A stretch of DNA of 56,209 nt, counting the filler, from Ionaspis alba (taxonomy: Eukaryota), in NCBI GenBank assembly GCA_964255285.1. It is 2 parts of 2 records of this genome, joined end to end, with 100 filler letters (N's around TTAATTAATTAA, not from the genome) between each part and the next. Parts side by side here need not be neighbours in the genome. Positions count along the whole stretch, not along the records: positions 1 to 28,066 come from CAXUUL010000128.1; 1 more part is not named here. One strand, written 5' to 3'. The notes below the pieces were generated by a model that saw only the letters and a program-made list of their open reading frames with translations, ran no database searches and had not been told where the DNA came from. How positions within the stretch are numbered: the first letter of the stretch is position 1; the number at the start of each line of letters is the position of its first letter. Positions 12,531 through 24,556 of the stretch are shown in pieces. The position numbers and the translations under genes were made by a program.

Positions 12531-13505
12531 CATTTCGAGAAGTGAGAGCAAGCAGCGAGCAAACAGGAAAGCGCTATGGGAGGACTAAGTCAGCAAGGGA
12601 GCACCGAGGGAACGTTAACGGAGGAGCAAGCACCAAGGGAGCATTAAGGGAGCAGGAGGGTGTATCGAGTTAGCGTGAGGGAGTAATTGGGGAGCAGCAG
12701 GGCGCGGGAGCAAAGTGGTACATATGTCGGGATGCTATATATACATAGGATTGAGAATTGCCATTTCGCGTTGGGAAAAGGAGCAGGGTCGCTTTAGAGA
12801 GAGTGGTGAGGGAGCACAGGGGAGCAGGATGTTGCGACCCTGAGTTAAATAGTCCCTATACCGTCAGCTACCTAAGTGCAGGTCGGTTCTCAGGAAAGGA
12901 GTGTCAAGGATCAATGTATAATATACTGTGTATGCAAGTCACGACTGTAGTCTTGTGTGAGAAGAAAACTTTGTGTTGAACACAAGGATATCTGTCTCGT
13001 ATCTAAGGAGCGTGTTTACACAGATACTTGCACACTCCTTCTCGCGTTGCTCATCGGTAGAGACGGTAGACTTTAGTAGACCTGGCTCATGATTGCTCAC
13101 GTTCCTCGGCAGAAGGAAGCTTGATTGGGCATCGTAATCTGTAGCTATAGTCTGTTCATGAGGTAGCCAATTCGGTTTCGCTTTTCTGCGTACCCGCCGG
13201 TACAAGCAGCTAGAACAAGCTCCTCCTTGCATGCTCTCCTGCTCCCTCGGTGGNNNNNNNNNNNNNNNNNNNNNNNNNNNNNNNNNNNNNNNNNNNNNNN
13301 NNNNNNNNNNNNNNNNNNNNNNNNNNNNNNNNNNNNNNNNNNNNNNNNNNNNNGGTACAAGCAGCTAGAACAAGCTCCTCCTTGCATGCTCTCCTGCTCC
13401 CTCGGTGGACCCTTGGTCCTTTGATGCTCCTGCGTTTTGCCACACGAAATAGGCGGCTGCCTACCCTAAGTTTAGGATTGATTCACACGTTTCTATATAT
13501 ATACA
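12531..13505. repeat. Degenerate GGGAGCA-motif arrays in inverted orientation; possible non-autonomous transposon relic
   Basis: About 9 GGAGCA cores on + between 12596 and 12826; TGCTCC(C) copies at ~13386-13433; weak inverted similarity between ~12759-12830 and ~13380-13455. Confidence 0.5.
13254..13353. other. Scaffold gap (100 N) with 55-nt flank duplication; probably a false gap
   Basis: 13199-13253 is identical to 13354-13408. Confidence 0.9.
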
Positions 13506-14221
13506 TTTTATAATACCCGAGTTTGAGACTTATAATTACCGCTTTTGATGGAGAAGAGTGTGACGGCCGTCCCAGTGGACGTGACATACAAGGCTGGATC
13601 GGGATTAGCGCGTCTTAGCAAAAGGAATGATTTCTACGCGACTTCATAAGCAGTGATTTAGCTAGCCGTAACACAAGAAAAAAAATAAAGCGTCGTATAT
13701 ATTTTAATCTATTATTATAGGGTCACCGGCCACGCCAGCGTCCAGTAACCTTCTTTCCCCTCAACGGGGACCCCTAAATCGTAGCCGCCGCTGCCGCCGC
13801 GGTGTAACCGCTGGGCCGTTCCCCCGCGAAAACGACCGAGAACGGTCGCTGTTTCTTCCTTCGTCCCCGCCGATTTTATTACCTCTAAGCCTTTATACGA
13901 AGAAATATCAGGCGCTGTGGTCCCGCCATTTGCAGTTGGTGTGCGCCCCCCCGAAGTGCCCTGAAGCGCGGCGGTATTCCGGGAAAGGGCGAAAACCAGA
14001 ACCGTCCCGATACTGATCATAGGTACGCGCTAGGGCGCGCCCGCCACGCTGGATCAAATCGCGTTAGAACCCGCATTCAGCCTTAGGAAAGTAAACACCA
14101 GTTTGATTTCATCCCGACCACGATAAACATAGCCTTTACCCCACCACTGTCTACAGCACAATCTCTCACGAGTCATCCGAACATTGCGACAGCTTAGCAA
14201 GTCTACCTCCTAGTGAACATA

Positions 14222-16283
14222 ATGGCTACCCCTCGCCGTCGGTCCTCACGGTTGAGGGGCATTACTCCAACCACACCAGTATGTATTTCCCGTAGTGTTC
14301 GACATCCAATGCTCTGATCTATGATCAGAGCGGTCCAGCGTTACAAGGACAGTGAATTCCATCGAATCCAAGCAGTGTACTGATTGTGCTTATCAACAGT
14401 CTCACAACTTCATGTCCTTTGCAGCCAACAAACTGTCATCACTCCTCGAGCGAGAAGAGACCCCTCAAGAAAATCCTAGCATCGACGCCGTCGTGTCGTC
14501 TCCCGTTACTCAAGCACAACCCAACACCATGCCAGGTGCATTCGGCAATGACGATTCCCTGATCAAAACACCTCAAACAGCAGGCCGAATCGAACCAAGC
14601 CGAGAAGAGATGCATCCGAGTAAAGTCCAACAAAGCACAGCTAAGAAACCTGACCTCGGTCTACGGTTCGGCTTCATTGATGCTCAGGCTCGTCCTGCAA
14701 CCTCAACGAAATCCACGGTCAAGGCTGTGCAATCGAGCACTCCTATTAAGGCTCAAAGCCCACTCCCAAACACAATGTCTTCACCAGGCTTCGATTTCAA
14801 GTGGAATCGTCCTGGTACTGATCTGAGCCTGGAGGCTCAGAAGATAATGGAGAGTGTGCGAGAGGAAGCTGCTCGTATCAAACTGCAGATGCAAGCTGAG
14901 CGAGATGAACAAGCACGCAGAGACGGCGAAGCTGAAGCGCTTTTTGGTGTTGGTGGTCGGAAGATTGCCAAGCCAAAGGGTAAAGCAGGTCGATACAGCG
15001 ATGTTCACAAGCAAGAGTTCAAAAAGATGGACTCCATCGCTGGCCATGTTTCCTCTTGGAAAAACAAGTTCCAGAACAACACCGTTTCACTTAAGCGCAC
15101 CAAGTCAAAGGCAGGTTTTGACGAAGCAGAACGGCCGGTGTCACGAGGAAATCCAATCAAGTCTCCTGTAAAACAGCGTGATACTGATCGTCTTGAGAAC
15201 AACGCTCCTGGCAAACGTGTCAAGCAGCACCGTGAAGATGATACGTCTTGTGCACGTCCTGTCTCTAGGGATAGCCAGTCTGAAGCAAACAGCAAGATTG
15301 AAACACCATGTGCAGCTCGGTTTGGCCTACCGTCCGTTATGACGACTCCGACCAAGGCGTCTCTTGCTCGAGCTGCAAGTGTAAAGAATTTACAGGCGTC
15401 AAAAATCCCCTCTCTAAGCCGTTCCAAATCGACCAAAGAGCTTGCTAGTCCTGCTGCTTCAAAGGTCGATGGAGGCGGCAAGCCAACGTCCAAGCTCTCT
15501 CGCATCGGAAGTATGAAATCTATCCTTCAGCGACCACATCATAAGTACTCTGACGACCCTGTCAAAGTCGCCGATGGTACTCATCTTCCCGTCTCGCCTA
15601 ACAAGCTACAACTCGATAAGGCACTTCCCAATATCCCAGGAACACCAGCTCAAGGACTTCAGCGGTCGCCCACACTGAAGCGGGTCAACTTCACACCTAC
15701 CACGAAATCAACATTTGACCTTGCCGCTGCATCCCCATCGCCTTCGAAAATCCCTGCACCACATTTCCAGCGCCCAACTCCATCTCCCGCTAAGCCTGCG
15801 ACCGAAGTCGCCTACCCTTCGCTTGCTAAACCGGGTCCCCTCAACTCCAACCCTCCTCAACCAAGCGACTTCTCCTTCCGTGCTGGCAAAAGCATTCAAT
15901 TCGGCCCCGCCAGCTCAGGTCTGACAAGCCCCACCATTCGGCAAGTCAGACCCAGCGGTGTCGCCACTCCTCTATCTGCTTTCGACAACCTACCAGCTGT
16001 GCCGCATGGCATAGCGAACAAGAAACGTCGCCGAGAGATGTCTGAGGATGAGGATGTGGAAAACCGTGCTCCTCATGATGAGTCAGCTGATGATGGACCG
16101 AGAGCGAAGAAGATGAAAGGAAATGGACCTGTTGGTGCTGAGAAATCGGCTGGAGCTAGTATGGCTGAGAGGAGAAGGACTGCTAGTAAGATTGCAAAGC
16201 AGGGTAATGCTCGAGAAAAGGGGAAGGGGTTGTTGAGTTTGAGTCGCTTGAATATGCTTGCTAGACCCAAGGAGAGACGTTGA
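14222..16283 (+). CDS. Basic S/P/K-rich protein with NuSAP-like motif and two SxIP motifs (putative microtubule-associated protein)
   Basis: ATG at 14222 (MATPRRRSSRLRG), GTATGT intron at 14279, long ORF to 16283. Motifs RYSDVHKQEFKKMDSIAGH, SKIP x2, KRVNF, KKRRR and C-terminal SRLNMLARPK. 5' exon structure uncertain. Confidence 0.8.
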
Positions 16284-17253
16284 GGATATGTTGAAAGTTG
16301 GTTTGTGTAAAATATGGAGGGTAAGTAAGAGATTTAGTACGTGGTTGAACGCCATACTGACTTGAACTCTTAGGGATGTCAGAAACAGCACACGGTCTTG
16401 GAGTTCCAAAGTGGTCTGAGAGGGCGATCTTGAGAAAGGAGTTTTCACGATTTGGATGGGGAGCCGCAGGATCAGAGGGCTACGATGGGAATGTTCTGGA
16501 TGATGAGAAGATCATGAGGTGGTTTGGTTTCGTGCTTGCTTACATGTTTGCATTTTCTCTCGATCAACTTTGCCGTGTGTTAGTGGTCTTGCCACGAGAT
16601 TCGATGACCGTAAATATCTGCAAAAGTTCTTTTACCTTGTGTCTTCCTTGAATCTCTACTTCAACTGAGAGATCAGGTCAGCCAGCCTACATGGATACTG
16701 CTTTGTATTTGTGGTCATAGACATTCGTCTAATCCTATGCCTGTGGCTCGTTCTCCGCCTGTCTCTGCATCCCCATCTTCGCCATTGGAATGTTGATGGG
16801 CTTATCCCAGTTCGAGGCTCCCTGTCCCTGGTGGACAAACCGTTGACTTCATCATTACTATCTCGCATTTTCCCCTCATGAGTATCAATCGCGGCTTCGA
16901 TCCCTTCTCTTGCCTTCTCCTTCATCAGCAAACCGATCAAACGCATAAGCAGACTATCAGATTAAGGCAGTGGCAGATGAAGTCATAGTGTCCTTCCAAA
17001 GTTCAGGACTGACTAACGAAGAAAGATTATGGCATAAAGAAGTTGAGCACTGCCTGTGGAAAGAGGATGAGCAACAAACGAAGTCGAATGACCTATCGAC
17101 CTCCAGAATAAGCCCTTGTTTATTGCTCCCAGCAAAGAGCCATGCGCCAATTCTCGCTATGCAATCCTCCCCCAAACTCCGCAGCGCCAAGGCTCTCAGC
17201 CAGCCTCCCTCAAAAGCCGAACGCAAGCAAGCATGAATCCACCACCACCAACC

Positions 17254-20200
17254 TCAAACTTTCATAGTCGCCAAGAAAGAATCAAGGTTATACTCCTCCT
17301 CATACTGCTTATCATCCCAAAGCTCACCCAAATCATCCAACCACCCTTTCTTGCCCTTCTCCCTGACCTCTCCAGTGGCATCCACCATATCCTCCTCCCT
17401 GCCATTGACTTCACCCCCAGTACTGGATTCAGGCGCACCGGTCGTCTCACCGAGATTGAAGAGGTCGAGGATCTGGTCTGTTTCCATGGTGCCGAGGCCT
17501 GCGTTTTGCTGGTTGACTACGGTGGAGGCGACGTCGATCTTGAAACGTTGGAGACTACAGATGTTATGTTAGCATATGGAACATTGCACAGCATTAGCGG
17601 GATTGGACTTTACTTCAAGATCTTCTCTTCCAAAGTACCTCGCGTAATCAACCTGTAAACATTCACGACCTTCTTCTGGCCAATTCGATGGGCACGATCC
17701 ATGGCCTGCAAGTCCTTTTGCGGATTCCAGTCATGCTCGACGAAAATGACGGTATCTGCTCCTGTAAGATTGAGGCCTAGACCTCCTACGCTGGTGGTGA
17801 GAAGAAGCACATCGTAGCTAGGGTCCGTATTGAATTGGTTGACGATGTTTTGACGCTTGTTAGCCTCCACGCTACCATCGAGTCGGAGGTATTGCACTGA
17901 TGGAAGTAGCTTTTTCAGAACATCGTTTTGGACAATATCCAGCATCTCCTTCATCTGACAGAAGACCAGAGCACGATGCGGGCTTACGTAGTCGGTCTCA
18001 GCTCCCATGTCGCCTTCTGAAGGAGGAGGAGATCCGATTCCACAGTCGACCAAGAGATCTCGCAAAGCTCCAAGCTTGGGAGCGTGTGCGATGTCTTTCA
18101 GACTCGAGTGGTTTAGAGCGAGCTGCTTCTGAATGGCTTCGTACTGCTTGTGACCTTCTTTCACGACTAGGGAAGGAGAGTTGCACAACTTGCGCATGTA
18201 CTGCAGTGCTTGGAAGATATGTGTTTTAGCTTCCTTGTCATCATTACCAGCTTTGGCTTCCAATGTCTTCCGTTCCTTCTTTGCGAAATCTTCGAAGAGC
18301 TTCTTTTGTAGCTCACTAAGATCGCAATAGTAGTTCTGAAGAATCTTAGGCGGTAGATCGTTGAGAACTTCTTCCTTCAGCCGACGTAGTAAGAAGGGAA
18401 GTACCTGCTTGTGGAGACTTTCGATGGCCAAGGCACCTTTCTCTTGCTCCTTCGAAGATGATTTTGCGTTTCGACTGGCTGCTATTGGTTTCGCAAAGCG
18501 ATCTTGAAAGACCTTTTCCGTACCGAGGAATCCCGGCATGAGGAAGTCAAACAGTGACCATAGCTCAAGGACATTATTTTGTATAGGAGTTCCAGAAAGA
18601 ATGAGCCGGTGATTACTTGCCAGTCGTTTTACAGCAATCGATGTTTTGGCTCTGGGATTCTTGATTAGATGTCCTTCGTCCAAGACACAGTAATTCCAGC
18701 TGAATGGTGCAAGAATATCGATGTCATTCCTGCAGACATCATAAGACGTAATCACAATATCCTGTTTGCCAAGCTGAGATTGGAGCTTGCTTCTCTCAGG
18801 TGTAGGACCGACATAAGCAAGGCACGATAGAAATGGTGCATAAGCTTTGATTTCTTGTTGCCAATGACCGGATAGCGTAGGCGGACAAACGATCAAAGAA
18901 GGTAGCCGGCGAGCATCAGGAGCCTGGGTTTTCTTGTATTCTGCGGCTCTCATGTGATGATCGCTCGCCACGATACACAGCGTTTGTAAAGTCTTGCCTA
19001 AGCCCATATCATCGCAAAGAATACCGTGAAGATTGAACCGGTTGAGAAACGCAAGCCAATTGACGCCGTCCTGCTGATAAGATCGAAGCTCGGCCTTGAT
19101 GTCGACTGGGATTGCGAAAGGCTCTGATTTCTTGGGATCGAGCATCTGCGCAATAAACTTCCGCTCCTTGTCTCTGCCCTTTAGCAGCTCCTCCGAAAAG
19201 CCCGGTGGATCCGGAATGCCAGCTTCGAGCGGTACCAGCTTGACAAGAGTGGCAAAGGTCGTTGTTGCTATCAGCCTCACTTCCTCGTTCGAATCACTCA
19301 TCCTTCCTAATATGGGTACAATAAGGAAAACAACATAAGGTAGTATGTTGTCCTCCATGACGTGAATCAGATGGTAGACACACTCGATAGCTCCCTGGCG
19401 GTCATAAAGGTCGAGGGGATTACTGATAGTAGGAAGGACCTTTTCGATGAGAAGCGTCATACCCTTGACTGTCCATGCGCTGCAGATGGTCGCAAAGCAC
19501 TTCGCAGCTGCATATCTGAACACAGAGTACTTGCAGCACAGCGCTTTAAGAACGGCTGGCATCATCTGATCCACAAACGTATGCAGATCCGCATGAAGAT
19601 TGGGTGCCAGTGCACGGAGGATTGAGAAAGCATCAACAACTTGTTGACCAAGGTCGTCGTCAAGATCTGATGGTATCTCGCCTCCAAACACAGTGTTCAA
19701 AGGCTCTTCAACGTTGAGCTTCAGATTTGGAATGTTTGTTAGAAGACTGCTGCCGAAGATGACAGAAAGCTCATCAATGACATCCTTTGCGCCGCGTCTA
19801 GTAATTCGTGCTCCTTTAGCTTCAAGTTCATACTGAGCAGCATCTGGGTGATCCTTGCGATCCTCTTCTTTCCGCAAGGAGAGTACAGAATCCGTAAATG
19901 CTGAGTTTGATGGATAATCAGGAGTCTCCGATGTGTCGATGCAATAAAACTTCAGTAGGTTCTTGACAATTGTATCGGCCGTTTTGGAGCGAGTGTCAAT
20001 GGCATAATACTGTATCAACGACGATACAGACATAGCAGACCGTCTCTGCAGTTCGACGTTTTCCTCATACCGTACGCTGTCCATCAAGGCTTTGATAAGA
20101 TTCGATGCTTTCTTCGGAACTTCTCTCAGCGCTACCAAAGCCCCTGCTGCTGTTGCACGAATTCTCCGATCTCTTTCGATCTTCGAATCTTTAGCTTCCT

Positions 20201-23156
20201 TGATTGCGGTGATGGCGTTGTTCCGAGCTTCAGTCAGAAGTTGTGCGGACACGAGCCTCTGGGTTGGCGATAAAGCTTTCTTCATGCGATCGAAGTCGTC
20301 ACCGACTATAGCTTCCGCATTTGATATGGAGAATGCAGAAGGACCTGCACCAACATCGCCTTGCACAATGATTGCAATCATTGGGATCTTGGAGGAAGAG
20401 AGATGGCCATGATCTCGGAAAGAGTTCAATAAGGATTGGCATTGTGCCCTTGCTGTTTGTAGATAGCTGACAAGATCAGTGTAGTTGTCAGGTCGGGCCT
20501 CGGTAATCACATCCCGCAGAGTCTCCATTAGGTTGTCCGGGAGTACCATGGGGTCAGTCGTCGTTGTCCTGGCAGCTTCCTCTATGATCATACAAGCGGT
20601 CATCTGTGTCGTTGAGTATGGAGATCGCAGAGCCGTGATAAGGTGATCAACCAGTGCCTCCGTAGCTCCGCCTGGGAAGCAAAGCTTTACAGCTCGACCC
20701 AACGCTCGGGCACCATATACCCGAGATCTGATCAGAGTTTCTGCCCCGACGAGGTCAACATCGCCTTGTAACATATGTCCATCCACATTATGAGCTTTTG
20801 GCTGCAGTTCTTCCTTCTTCTCTGACCGCCTCCTCTTTTTGGTCGGCGGTTCACCGGCGGATTGTGGAGATGATTTGCGAGTGATGGGATTGGGCTCAGC
20901 AAGAGGTTGACCAGACGGTCTCATTATCATTGAATAATCCATCGGTATTGGATGACGTGACACGCCGATGGGATGGAGGGCTAAGGAGAACATTTGACTT
21001 GAATCGCCTAAGAACTCAGAGCTGAAGCGATTCTCGCCAGCGAGAAACTCTACTAGATTGCTCCAAACATCAAACGAAAGTCCCAGGACGACTTCGTTCC
21101 GCTCCACGATAAGATTTTGAAAGACGAGCCGAAGTATTCTTGAGTTGACCCACGACTTAGTCTGGATGTCGTCAATTCTTAGCAAGGTTTGTAGTGCGCG
21201 AAGAACAGCTGATCGGACGCTCGGAATGGTGTGACGTAGAAAAGGATATAATCTAGGTACGAGGCGGTAAAAGGAACGCTCAGAGTCAGGTTGTTGACCA
21301 GGGTCGTGTGATGCGTTCTCCATCATGGCAACAAGGACTTGATCATAACTGCACAGTTTGGCAAGGAGGTCCATGACATGCCCAGTACTTGCGCTGAGGT
21401 CGTCACGAAGGTCGGAAAGACAGTCCCACACAATGTTCATGAGCGAATGAAGTAGAGTTGGTCGCATCAAGACAAGGTCTTCTGCCACCGGAATCAAAGT
21501 CGCGGCACTGACCGCACGAACGTCGTCGTCGTAGTCAGCCAAACCTCTCATGACTGCCTCGACAATGCCGTCCAGGTGGTTCATCAGAACGTCTTTCCTG
21601 ACTGCACCGAGATATTTGAAACCAAGCATACCGCCATGGCAGACTTCCCATATCCGAGTGTCAAGGCCAAGATCGGTCTGAAGCACCATTCGATATAGGA
21701 TTCTGTATATCAGATCGATTGAGGATTCTGATAAATGCAGTAGAAGAGCGCCGAGTGATTGTCCAATGGTTTCTCGTATGGGAGCAACAACAGTATCAGA
21801 AACATAGTCGCCGAAACGGTCAAGCATCAGAACACAACAAAAGCGACAAGCCATATCACCAAGCCAAAGGTTGTTCAACTCGTCGTTGGCAATCCGACTT
21901 TTGCCTCGCCGTCGACCAGCGCCTTTCCCTTGTGCTCGAATGACCTCTCGGAGGCCCATCGATGCACCGTGGCGAATCTCCCAGTTTGGATCGAACAGGT
22001 CGACCGCAAGCACTTCGCAAAGTCGTTCAAAAGGCCATTCTCGGCCTTCGTCTTCGGCGTCTGTCTGGATTGCGGGTTTCTCCGGGATGACAGGTCCCTT
22101 GAACTCAGATACGACCTTCGAGTCATCATCGCCGTTCGCTCTGTCTAGGGAGAAGAGTTTTGAGCTCTCTTCCGCGCTATCTTCATGCTTGGTCTCGGAC
22201 TTGATAGCGAAAGGCTCAGCTGTCATGGGAGTGGGTAAATAGTCAGTGCTTTGTCGGTGTGCAGCCAGATCAACCACTCTGACTTTCTTCGATTGGTTCC
22301 GCGCTTCCATCTTGTTCTTACGTTTCAATTGGTTTAGTTGGCGCTTGCTCAGTCCCATTTCGTCTCCTTGTGAGTTAGAGAATGAACCTCGAGGCGACTC
22401 TGCAGTCATGGGTGATTGTATGCTGTTGTTGCGCGTGAGTGTGCTATGACTCGTGTCGACTCTGGGAATCCCTGGAGAAGAAAACGATCCATAGTGTGGC
22501 GTGAACAGAAGATCCTTATCGTTGAGGATGTCTTCTTCGATGTACTCTCCTCCAAGACCCAGACGAGCAGTCAAGCTCTTCTTCTGAAGAGCAAGTCTAG
22601 CTTCGGGATCAAGTGAGGCCAATGCATAGTCGTACTCCTTTCCAGCACTTCCAAGAAGCTTCTTGCCCCATCGCAAAATAGCCTTGATATCTAACGTGGC
22701 GAGCTGGAGCTGATTCTCATCGGGGGACGCCACATCTGAGCTTGTACCGTTCTCTCCACTTGAGCCATTCTCTGATTTGATTTCGCCTTCGTCCTCGTTC
22801 GGATCAAATTTGTTAGTGTTGTCTACGATGCCGCCGACTGCCTTTGCAGCAGCCAGTCGGGTATCCCATCTTGAGGACCTCAGAAAAGGAATCACTCGTG
22901 ATAGAAGATTGAACAATTCATCAGGATGTTGCTTCTGAAGTTCAGCGAGCTGTTGCGCTGCTGTATTTCTGATGAGATTGGTGCTCCCAGTCTCCAGCAG
23001 CCTAAAGTTGACTTGTCAGCCAATCACCATGCGTATCATAGGGACTAGGGTTGTATACGTTACTAAGCGATCGAGCCTGTCACGTGATGGTTAGCACTAT
23101 GCGGTTGATCATTCCCGACAAATTAGTCAAGACGAGGAAACTCACCTTGAAGTCAT
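17254..23156 (-). CDS. MOT1: TBP-associated Snf2-family ATPase Mot1/BTAF1
   Basis: Micro-exons MTSR|LDRLVT|LLETGST; HEAT-repeat N-terminus; SNF2 motifs GILCDDMGLGKT, VLDEGH, LSGTPIQN, QAMDRAHRIGQ; last exon ends YEEEYNLDSFLATMKV. Confidence 0.98.
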
Positions 23157-23723
23157 CGTGACAGTTGCATAACTGTATCATCGTCTTCATGGTTGCATGA
23201 TGAACGCGTAAGCAAGGAAGAAGGTGGCGACCCTCGTATAATGAAGCGAAGCAGAAAACACCTCAGAAATCTATTGATCGTGGAAGGAAGGCGCGATTTC
23301 AGGGCATTTCCATCATTTTTATCATCATCAAAATTCACTTTGCGACGTGAATAAGGCAGTGTATGCAATGACCAAATTAGGAAAGGTCGATTCGGAGGAG
23401 TGAAAACAGGGCGTGAGACGTGACTTGGCTGGGTGTGGGGTGCCGGTTGTGACTTGGACACGTCTGATTTCTGACACGAGCGTTGCTGGGCTTTGCTGGG
23501 CTCTGGAGGGGGACTGGAACCAGAATTCTCGAGGACCGGCCCACTTACATAAATAGGCGGACCCTTGGCTTGCAACCACGTAAAAGGGAGAGCTTTCGCG
23601 GGAGCTACGCCCTTTTCGGCTTACGCAATCCCTGTAATCGCGCTAGTCCAGCTTCGAGGTTTTGTGGCAGGTCAGGCTCGGAACAACATCTGTCCCTTCG
23701 ATAATCACATGGGACATGAACGA

Positions 23724-23823
23724 NNNNNNNNNNNNNNNNNNNNNNNNNNNNNNNNNNNNNNNNNNNNNNNNNNNNNNNNNNNNNNNNNNNNNNNNNNNNN
23801 NNNNNNNNNNNNNNNNNNNNNNN
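23724..23823. other. Scaffold gap (100 N) in the MOT1/kinase divergent intergenic region
   Basis: Run of N with no flank duplication. Confidence 0.95.
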
Positions 23824-24556
23824 GAACACTTCACCACATTCTCTCCCGGTGCTTCTTTAGCTGTGGCGAGTCTAGCCACAACCTTTCAAGCCGCTTATTC
23901 TGTATGGCAATCTCTTGAAGCCGTGTGCAATAACGGGTTGTCGTTCAATCTGATAGTACCTGCAACTTTCCAGTTGTATGTCGTTGCCATCTCGTTATGG
24001 CATTCTCCTGACTGAGCATGGGGAATAGGCTACAAGGAGGCTTCATAAATGTCATATGCTGAGCTAGCTGCATGACGTCTGTCTTATAGATGCAGAATGG
24101 CGAGCGAAGTATTAGACGCCAACTCTCAAGATCTAGTCATTGGAGCCTAATGGAATCGAATCACCTCCAGGCACCCGTGTTTGCATCTTGTATGAGATTG
24201 CCGCCTGTCGTAGCTAACAGGTAGCCACAGAATGAATGCGCGTATACCCATGCACCGTTATAACGTGCCTTGCGATATGGATTTCTGTACACAGATGCTT
24301 AGATATTGAAAGCACACAGCCTCGACGGCTGAAGGAATCTGTGAGCATCGAATCGCTAGCGTGCCTGACTATCCCGGCTTGGCGTACGTCCACCGAAGGC
24401 CGCAGTCAAGTGAACTGCTCAACATGGCCTCTGCATGTGCCTCAAATCTGCGTCTAGCTGACTATCTGTCACTCACTCCTGGATCACGACCATGGCAACA
24501 TCGGAGAGGTAGTATACATTGTTTGTCGCTCTGAAAGAATCGAGTTCCCGCAAACC

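Noticed and set aside
13199..13408. 55-bp direct repeat flanking an N run
   Set aside because: An exact 55-nt overlap on both sides of a 100-N gap, also seen at 43754-43963, is the signature of a k-mer overlap in assembly rather than an LTR or target-site duplication.
12500..14060. Possible RNase P/MRP or telomerase RNA in the long intergenic region
   Set aside because: No convincing CR-I/CR-V pair and no telomeric template found.
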